Origin: Cyanophora paradoxa CCMP329
Lineage: Eukaryota > Plantae > Glaucophyta
Reading direction: 5' to 3'
DNA: 49,792 bases
NCBI GenBank assembly: GCA_004431415.1
Contig: QPMI01000076.1
Span: forward strand, 1 to 49,792
Under the pieces are notes generated by a model that saw only the letters and a program-made list of their open reading frames with translations, was not told the DNA's origin and searched no databases. Position numbers and translations under genes: made by a program. Below are positions 11,603-19,290 of this stretch, piece after piece (positions within the stretch are counted from its first letter, which is position 1; each line of letters begins with the position of its first letter).

Positions 11603-11641
11603 GTTCCTCTACGATCCGAAAAAATATCTGCGCCGGGGTAA
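11603..11641. promoter_or_regulatory. Bidirectional viral promoter (39 bp) with two back-to-back copies of the element-wide motif
   Basis: Plus strand AAAAAATATCT-N12-ATG (11642); minus strand TTTTTTCG-N14-ATG (11602); both use the same A/T run. Confidence 0.7.
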
Positions 11642-12322
11642 ATGACTTCCAACTGGTACCAGACCCTCAGCGGCTCACTTGACGTTGGCAACAACACCAA
11701 GGATTTCGCGCGCATCCCCTCCGGCAGTTACGTCGACGTCTTTCTGCAAAATCCCGTCGTGATTCAGGTCGTTCAGAACGCCTACGCCACGCCCAAGATT
11801 TACTCCTATCAGCTCTTCTTCGACCCTTTGAGCCTCAGCGCAGAGGTCATCGAGCTGCTGCACGAATCCGGCCTCGTGAAAAAGGTGGCGCCGGCGACAG
11901 CCACGGCCAACGTCCTGCGCTGTTTGGAAGTTAAGTTCAGGGAGACGGGGTACGGCCCCACCGTGAACCAGTACACCAGTACCGACCTGCCGGGGACGGG
12001 TGCGTATACGGCGCGGGGTACGCTCAAGGGCGACGTGCTCTTCACAAAATTCAATCCGAGTCCCGCCACCCTGGGGGCCCTCTACACGGGCGGCAACCCG
12101 CGCGCTTCCGGGTTACCCCGCTTTCCCTTCACCTTTTTCAAGTTTCAGGTCTTCCCCCTCTCCTACGCCGCCGACCAGCCCCACTTCAGCACGGGCGCGA
12201 GCCTCTGCGCGGAGCTGCGCGAGTGCTCGATTTCCTACAGGCACACCACTGGCTCCGACGCCGTGCAGCCCGCGGCCCGCATCTCGGGCATCGGCAACGA
12301 CATCGCCCTCTTCTACGGATAA
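11642..12322 (+). CDS. Hypothetical viral protein, paralog A of tandem pair
   Basis: Intact 226-aa ORF with promoter motif; several blocks align with the next gene. Confidence 0.75.
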   Translation: MTSNWYQTLSGSLDVGNNTKDFARIPSGSYVDVFLQNPVVIQVVQNAYATPKIYSYQLFFDPLSLSAEVIELLHESGLVKKVAPATATANVLRCLEVKFRETGYGPTVNQYTSTDLPGTGAYTARGTLKGDVLFTKFNPSPATLGALYTGGNPRASGLPRFPFTFFKFQVFPLSYAADQPHFSTGASLCAELRECSISYRHTTGSDAVQPAARISGIGNDIALFYG

Positions 12323-12345
12323 TCTTTCTCATTCGAGATCGCAAA

Positions 12346-13122
12346 ATGCCGACCACCTCGGCCACCATCGTGAAGACTGTGCTGCCTACCCCCGATTTCT
12401 ACGGCGACACCGCAGCGGCCAACGCTGGGACGGATTCCGTGGTCTGGGACGGCAATTACGCCTCCATGCTGACCGTGAAAATCCAGAATCCCGTCATGCT
12501 GCGCGTCACCTCCAACGATTTCGAGAATCCCGCCTCCTGCTCCGTGTACGTGTACTTTGACATCGACTCGGGCGTGAGCGCGGACGAGGCGGAGGCCCTC
12601 TGGCTCTCGGGCCTGTTAAAAAAGATAGAGCCCTCCGTGCCAGATCGGCCGCGATTCGCGTGCTCGAGCTCAAGTTCACTGCAACACCGCCCTCACCCGC
12701 ACTTCAACGGCGGCACCAAGACCCACATAGACGGCGCCCCATCAGCAGCGCACACAAGACAACCAGGCCGTCCCCTTTGAGATGTACAACCTCTGGAAGA
12801 TGACCGCAAAGGAGATGATGACGAATGCCACCACGGGCGGAGTCTCGGGTACCTCGTTTTCCTACGATTCCTCGAATCCCCGTACCCAGGTCTGGCCCCG
12901 GCTCCTCTTCACGAAATTCACTTTCAAATTGTACAACAACATTGCGGGTATGCCTACCTCTGGAATGGTCGTGGGTCTACCCTCATGGCCGAGCTGATCG
13001 AGGCGGAGGCTGACTACACGACTGCCACCACCAACCCTGCCAACGGCACCGCTACGAACTACGTGGCCTGGAGCACGATTGACCGCGAGTACGACACTAA
13101 GATCCACACCACTAGCGTCTAG
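12346..13122 (+). CDS. Hypothetical viral protein, paralog B of tandem pair (frameshifted)
   Basis: AAAATG start at 12346 with motif; VKIQNPVML, SGLLKKIEP, NPRTQVWPRLLFTKF match paralog A; stop probably TAG 13120-13122. Confidence 0.65.
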
Positions 13123-13477
13123 ACTGGCTAAGCTGCACTAGCGCCTGTGCCGCCTCCATCATCTCCCGAATCTCCTCGCTCTTCTCCTGTAAGTTGGCGT
13201 ACCCCCTCCTCTTCTTGCGAATCTCCGACATCGATGCCCAGCGCAGGTTCTCCCTCCTGTAGTCCAGCGGGTTGCCGTTGATGTGTTCCACGTAGCGTCC
13301 ACGCGGCGACTTCCCGAGGATCAGCTGGGAGAGGTAGTGCTTGCGCCCTCCGAACGTCTTGCTCACCCTGTCCCTGTCCACTCTCCAGGGAAACTCCAAG
13401 GCACTCGGGGGTACGTCCGAGTTGACCAGGACGTTGTAGGCGACGTCTTGCGAGTCGGTGCACCGGAGCAGGGCCAT
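13112..13477 (-). CDS. HNH endonuclease-like protein (HNH_3 type), possibly inactive
   Basis: YVEHINGNPLDYRRENLRWASMSEI against the family pattern VDHINGxxLDNRRENLRxxTxSEN; promoter motif upstream. Confidence 0.8.
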   Translation of the reverse strand: MALLRCTDSQDVAYNVLVNSDVPPSALEFPWRVDRDRVSKTFGGRKHYLSQLILGKSPRGRYVEHINGNPLDYRRENLRWASMSEIRKKRRGYANLQEKSEEIREMMEAAQALVQLSQSRR

Positions 13478-13498
13478 TTTGCTCTAGGTTCGGAAAAA

Positions 13499-13620
13499 CC
13501 TGGGACTTGGGACTTGGGACTTGGGACTTGGGACTTGGGACTTGGGACTTGGGACTTGGGAAGAGTTGAAACCCAGGTCCCGGCCCAGACTTTCTCCAGG
13601 ATCAGAAATTTGTCAGACAA
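13499..13620 (+). repeat. Telomere-like array 1: (TGGGACT)x8 + TGGG followed by conserved flank AAGAGTT...CCAGACTTTCTC...GGATC
   Basis: Array read directly at 13501-13560; the flank is an imperfect inverted copy of 13935-13990. Confidence 0.95.
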
Positions 13621-13934
13621 GTCAGGTGAGTTTTTCTACCGACTTTTTTACTCCTACCACCCCTCGTACTCTTTTTTACTCGTAGTCTTTTTTACTCGTA
13701 TCCCATCTCGTACCCTCCTTCTCTCGACATCTCGCACGAATACTCCTACCCCTCTTCACATCCTTTTTCGGTTGCATACTCTCGTGAGCTTTCATGTCCA
13801 GTTTCATGCTACAAGTCGTACACCAGTTCAGACTCTACCTCGCTTGAAATCTCACCTGGAATGTCACCAGAAACGTCGTATCCAGAATTCCGTACCCCTT
13901 TCTAAGTCTGCCCGGTGGTTAGGGACTTGGTGCA

Positions 13935-14027
13935 GCAAACTCTCAGATCCAGAGAAAGTCTGGCCCAGACCCTGAGTCTAACTCTTCCCAAGTCCCAAGT
14001 CCCAAGTCCCAAGTCCCAAGTCCCAGG
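13935..14027 (-). repeat. Telomere-like array 2: conserved flank + CCCA(AGTCCCA)x5, inverted relative to array 1
   Basis: Array at 13987-14025; flank GAGAAAGTCTGGCCCAGACCCTGAGTCTAACTCTT. Confidence 0.95.
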
Positions 14028-14108
14028 ATCGCGCCAAGTCGTAACTGAATAGTCGGACAATTTTTACAAGTATGTACAGTGGAATGACGCAATACTATTT
14101 ACAGCATC

Positions 14109-15215
14109 TCAAATCAGAGTCATCATCGGAAACCAAGTCAATCGGTGCATCGGGCGCGGACTTAAGGGAATGCGGGGAAGGGCCTGCGCTGCCTGCACTA
14201 AGTCCTGCCGCTCCTGCTCGCGCTGCGCCGCCAAGGCCGCTGCCGCCTCTGCCTCGCGCCGCTGCTGAGCCTCGACGCGCGCCCTAAGTTCCGCTGCCTC
14301 CTTCTTCTTGCGCTCGGCAATCTTGGCCAGCGTCATCTCGCGACGAAGAAGGCGCTCGTGACGCAACTTGCGCCGGAGTTCGGCCATTTCGCGCTTGGCG
14401 ATGATGCGCTTCTCAATGGTCTTGACGTGCTGAGTCAGGCGCTCGGTGTAGTGTGACGTCACGCGAGAACGGGCAATGCCAGCGCCGATCTTCAAGTCTT
14501 TTTCGTGTTCCTTGGCGGGATTCTTGACTCGCTCGGAGTTGTCGGTGAATGACGTGGTCTCCATGAACTTCTTCTTGACGATTGACTTGGTCTTGATAAT
14601 GCGGCGCTTGCGAGTCGGGTTTTCGTTGTCGCCTTCAGAGTCAGAAGACGACTCAGAGTCGTATGGAATCGGCACGTCAAAGTCGATGAAGTCGTTGATG
14701 TCAGACTCGGCGTCAGAGGCCTCGGACGTGGCGTCATCGGCGGGCTGAGGGGCGGGCTCGGCGACGGGCTGAGGGGCAGATGACGACGATGACGGAGGGG
14801 GTAATTCGTGAAGACTTGCGGGGGTAGGCCCAGGCGAGCGTTTCGGCGGCAGACTCGGCGAAAAGCTTGGGGTCGCCCCAGCCAGTGGGAGTCTTGACCC
14901 AGCCGGGGACGGGGGCACGTCGAGGGCTTGGAGGGGGGCCTTGGTGTTGCGCCAGTACGTGCGGTCCACTCCAGTCGGAATAAGGCAGCTGCAAAAAATG
15001 GAGAAATCAGCCAAAGTCGAGAGGGAAAATCAGAGGGCTCACCGGGGGCCATCGGCCAGGCCTTGTAGCAGGGTGAAGTTGGCGCCTTCTTCTTCTTCGA
15101 GGGGTGTACGAATCTCCCTCGACGACGGCCTCGACGGTTTCGTGAAGGGTACGAGGTAGAGCTCGCCTTCGTACGTCTCGTACTTGTACCGGAGCAGCTG
15201 AGCGCGCCGTTGCAT
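14109..15215 (-). CDS. Spliced gene in the viral terminal region: Pro/Ser-rich, acidic, NLS-like and coiled-coil segments (putative nuclear regulator)
   Basis: Exon 1 15215-15043 (MQRRAQLLRYKYETYEGELYLVPF...DGPR); 54-nt intron 15042-14989 (GTGAGC...GCTGAT...TTTTTTGCAG) containing an in-frame TGA; exon 2 continues in the frame of ORF 14109-15014. Confidence 0.65.
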
Positions 15216-15632
15216 GTCGGGGTAGGCTGTTGTCCGGACTTGTGCAGATTGCGGGCGCGACGAGGTCTATGTCGAGGGCGGGGATAAGGCTGGCATCTGC
15301 GCCAAAGGGAAAATCGTCAGGCAAAGGCAAAACGTGAGGTGACTGTGAGGGCGGACTTGCACGGATTCGGAGAGGCAGAGTTTGCTTGGGCTGAGAGAGG
15401 CGGCGAACCCGTTTCAAGAGTGAGCCAAAATGGCGGCGGACCGCGGTTTTGTGGGTGATTTTTTTCGCGGTCTAGTTCGCAACGGAAAACGTTGCCAACT
15501 GGCCTGAAAAAAGCCAAATTTAGCGTTGGGCCGAAGGCAGAAAAAGGAGCCGGCCTGACGGAAATCGCCCGAGTGCGTCCGCCGAAGGTCGAGTCTCGGA
15601 TGGGGGTACACCCTCAGGGGCCCCCTGGTCCC

Positions 15633-16103
15633 TCACCCTGGTAGTACCCTCTCAAAGGGATTTTCGAAGCCGTACAATTCTTGGTAAGTCTCGTAGTCCG
15701 GGCTGTACCCCCTCACAATCTGCGGGAGCCCCATTGAAAGCCTCCGTCTGTCCTCTCTCAATTCCCTGCGGAAAAGACTGCGGTCGCTTCGAGCTTCGCG
15801 CGTCACGCCAGCTGGGCGTGGTCTATGATTGTTAGGGTTGTCGTAGCCTGGCCCCACCAGCCTCACGAAATTTTCGCGTACGGCCTCGGGGAGACTCTGG
15901 AAACGGCTCGTCGCGTGGAACTCAATCCATTCATTGAATCGACGCGGATATTGACGGATGACTTCAAGCACGCCCTGTGTGTTGGGCTCTGGTGTTATGT
16001 CGGGAATGTCATGTCCTGTGAGGTGCCAACGCCAGAACTCGCGCAGCCTTTCGAATGCCATCTGCAACTCAAAGGGGAAATCGTAATAGAGATTGCCTGA
16101 CAT
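15633..16103 (-). CDS. Hypothetical viral protein (156 aa)
   Basis: Intact ORF with ATTTTCG-N13-ATG promoter motif directly inside array 3. Confidence 0.7.
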   Translation of the reverse strand: MSGNLYYDFPFELQMAFERLREFWRWHLTGHDIPDITPEPNTQGVLEVIRQYPRRFNEWIEFHATSRFQSLPEAVRENFVRLVGPGYDNPNNHRPRPAGVTREARSDRSLFRRELREDRRRLSMGLPQIVRGYSPDYETYQELYGFENPFERVLPG

Positions 16104-16134
16104 TTTTCTCCCCGTCCGAAAATTTCCCCGCTTT

Positions 16135-16216
16135 TGGTCCAGACTCTGATTTTAACTCTTCCCAAGTCCCAAGTCCCAAGTCCCAAGTCCCAAGTCCCAA
16201 GTCCCAAGTCCCAAGT
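16135..16216 (-). repeat. Telomere-like array 3: conserved flank + CCCA(AGTCCCA)x7; direct repeat of array 2 and inverted to array 1
   Basis: Array at 16161-16216; flank TGGTCCAGACTCTGATTTTAACTCTT matches the array 2 flank TGGCCCAGACCCTGAGTCTAACTCTT at 22/26. Confidence 0.95.
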
Positions 16217-16757
16217 TTTCGATCGATTTCACGCGTGAAAACGGCACTTTTCGGCCTTTTCCGATTTTTCCTTTCTCGAGATCGCATTAATGCCCTCGAT
16301 CTCGAAATCGCGATCGAAAATGGTCGCGATCGTGAGAAAGTCGCGATCACCAGGGTCGCGATCGGCTCGTGATCGCCGCGATCGCCAGCCTCGGAGGGGG
16401 TACCCCACAGCTGTTGCGGCGGTTATAAGAACCTCCGCAATCCAAGCGTCACTTCCGAGTCTCGAGCTCTCGGAGTTGACTTTTCGCGTTTGGCCCATTG
16501 ATGGCCCTCGTATATACATGTGCGTGTCTGTATACACGCATATATTTGTACATATGCATGTACAGGTCTTAAAGCGGTCATCGGGCTCTAGATCACGCGA
16601 TCGCCGAGTCGCCCGACACCGAACTGCAATTGCCAAGTTCAAAAATGCGCAGCCGCCGCGGCCTATAGCTACATATATATATACGTACATGCATATGTAC
16701 ATGTAAGCGTGGGGCTAAAGGCTCCCAGCCGCAGGCATATCGAAGACAAAGGCGTCG

Positions 16758-19290
16758 ATGGCAGTGGATGTCAATGGAGGTGCCGCGGAATTCGAAGATG
16801 CAGCGATCCGGGGAGCTCTTTCGTCTCGGGTTGCGCTGTGGGTCGGGACGCTCCTCTCGAAGCACAGCCATGGCCAGGAGGGCGAGGCTCGGAAGTTGAT
16901 TCTTGCCCACCCCGACCTCAAGGCCGTCGGATGCAACATGTGGCTCGAGATGGTGCACCCCGCACGGGGAACGGGATGCTTAATGATGAATCTTATATAT
17001 ATGATAATCCCTCATCGCGTGCTGCAGTATGCCAACGCTCAACAATTCCCAATCACGGACGACACTACGCTCCGTTCCGAGGCGCGCGCCCGCATTCTGT
17101 GCAATCAATCAATTTCTCTCTGCTGATGACGTCAACGAGTAGGAGCTCGAGGCATCCAAAGTCTGGCACGATGATATGATCGAGACGGTACGTATACAAG
17201 ATTGATCGATCGTTTGATCGCCCCGTGATCGACTCGACTTTGACGTACGGGGCCGCCGGGCGCGGCATGCACAGCGGGAGCGGATGAAGGAGACGTCGGC
17301 TGCAGTGGAGGCGGCTCGGGAGGGCGTCGCAGCGGCCCTGGGCGAGGGGCGGGCCGACGAGCTCATCGAGATGCTCCACAGGCGGGAGGACGCTCTGGAC
17401 CTCATTGGCGCCCGGTGCGACGTCCACCTGTGCACGCGCGGACGTCGACGCGCTCCGATGTTCACGAATCGTACCTCATGCTCTGATAATAAGGTCCACT
17501 GCGCTGGATCGCCCCTACCGCGGCTACGGCTGCTCGTCCGCAGAGGCCACTTGGATCGAATCGGGTACGCCAGCGAACTGGCTCGAAAACGAAGTAACCC
17601 CCGTGCCACCGGCGGCCTCTGCCTTCAGCCTTGAGCGTTCCCGCAGCGCGTCCCGGAGGCGATGGGAGACCTTGAGAACGTCACTCGTGAGGTGCATTTA
17701 ATTTGCTCTCAAAATTAGATCTCGACCTATGCGCCTCTCAATTCGAGCACGTCTTCGGCCGCAGGAAGTGCAGGCTCTCGATCTTTCCGTGAAATTTCGG
17801 GCCCTCGAGGCAGACTTGTCTGCGGAGGGAGCCTCGGCCGCACTCTGCTGCGGAGACGTCGACGCCGCTCTGGCCGACCGCCTCCTGTCGCACTACCGCG
17901 CCACACTCGCCTCTGCCGGCGCCGAAGTAGTCTCGGGGGATTCGGTTCGCGTCGACGCGGCCCGCTTGGCCCTCGCCCCCATCGTCTCTTCCTGCGAGGC
18001 GGCCCGGCCTGATACGGTCCGCGAACTCGAGTCCCCGGCCCTAGGCCTTCTCCCCGTGCCTCGCCTTCCCCTCTGACAAGGCGCCTGGCGAGCGCAGACC
18101 CTTTGGATCACAGAGGAGAGCAGGGAGGACGAGCCGACCGCCGTAATTGCCCCCGGGGACCTCGGTGCTGTTCGGGCGGCCCTCGAGGGCTTGGCCCGTG
18201 GCGCGTGGGCGCCGGAGCAGTGCGCTGCCCGCCTCGCACAGCTGCGCGAGGAGTTGATTATCCCACGAAATCCACCTCTGAGCGACGAGGTACACTGCGG
18301 CACGGCCACCCCGGGCAATACCCATGTGCTCATAAGTACTTTGTTTCGCGAATCCTACACGTGACAGTACGTCGACGCTGCCAAAGACGACCTTCTTGCC
18401 GCCATGGAGGAGGTGCAGAAATCAAATTCGGAACAGCTCTAGCGGTCGATCGCGACATATATATCGGAGTTAAAAGCTTAAGGCAGCCCGGGACGGTTTC
18501 CAACAGCAGTTAACGTTGTTTCGCAGCGGTCCGAAGCGCGGGGACTCTTGGAGGGCGCAGTGGCATCTCGCGCGGAGCTTGATGCTGCGACGGATGGGGC
18601 CGCTTCAAAAATCCTCGAAGCACTCGCAGAACACGACGAAGTGCTCGCGCATCTGGCCATACGGTGTGCAGTTGTTCAAAGCCCTTGCCCAGCTTGCTGG
18701 GAAATGTGACATTTGAATCATACGCTTATAAACATTTTTAATGCAGAATTGCCGTGACGGACCCCGAGGTCCTTCGCTTCGCCTGCGCCTTGTTCGAGCC
18801 TGCGGCGGTGCGCATACGCTCTGGAATCCCGATCGATATATGTTCCCGCGGCATCTTTTACCGGTCAAAATCGACACGAGCTCAAGCGGGTATGCGTTCG
18901 CAGGACCCTGCGGAGCGCGGAGCACAGTCCATTGTCGTGAGCGACGAAGTGCTCAATGTGTGCAGGCCTCCCTCCCTCCCTTCGAATTCGCCCCGCCCCC
19001 TTCATACTGCGCGATGTCGACATATTTGACGCGGGTTCTGCAGGCGCACGGTCTCCTTGCGTCTCTGGATCTGGCAGCATCGTCGAGCAACCAAGGGAAT
19101 GGAGATCTAGACTCGGAGCCAGCGCATCGACTGCCGTGCGGGTTGCTTGAGAGGACAAGCGACTTTCTATTGATGCAAAACGTCGTGGTGCGGCGCAAGT
19201 TAATTGGCCTATAGCTATTCCCTTTCGGCGGCCGCCGGGCAGCCAACGCGGGAATGACACCGATGGGGACAGGTGGAGCCCCTTGAAGCT
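16758..19290 (+). CDS. Host multi-exon gene, alpha-helical protein of unknown function (3' end uncertain)
   Basis: Chain of short exons bounded by GT/GC...AG (MAVDVNGG...MWLEM | YANAQQFP... | ELEASKVW... | RERMKETS... | EVQALDLS... | RSEARGLL... | DPAERGAQ...). Confidence 0.55.

Larger units (their letters stand above)
1..16406. mobile_element. Endogenous DNA virus (right part), Mriyavirus/Polinton-like-virus-type; left end outside window, right end between ~16216 and ~16406
   Basis: Tightly packed, mostly intronless ORFs with very short spacers (often 3-40 nt) up to 13.5 kb; shared upstream motif; HUH endonuclease, penton-like and fibre-type proteins; terminal heptamer arrays; abrupt switch to intron-rich host genes after ~16.7 kb. 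Confidence 0.85.

Noticed and set aside
280-13030. Programmed ribosomal frameshifting
   Set aside because: Too many shifts, mostly in plain homopolymers, and a similar indel occurs in a host exon; sequencing error is simpler.
1-13477. Bacterial prophage or contaminant
   Set aside because: Fibre domains are phage-like, but there are no Shine-Dalgarno patterns, each gene has its own AAATG-type start motif, a spliceosomal intron occurs in the terminal cassette and the block is contiguous with eukaryotic genes. A chimeric join cannot be fully excluded without reads.
13283-13975. 230-aa + strand ORF (and ORFs 13363-13620, 15995-16207, 16055-16372, 16069-16350)
   Set aside because: Translations of the repeat arrays (GTWDLGL / PKSQVPS) and of antisense or non-coding DNA; no promoter motif.
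13501-16216. Heptamer arrays as a CRISPR array or a true chromosome telomere
   Set aside because: No spacers and no cas genes; arrays are short, internal, in both orientations and flanked by genes on both sides.
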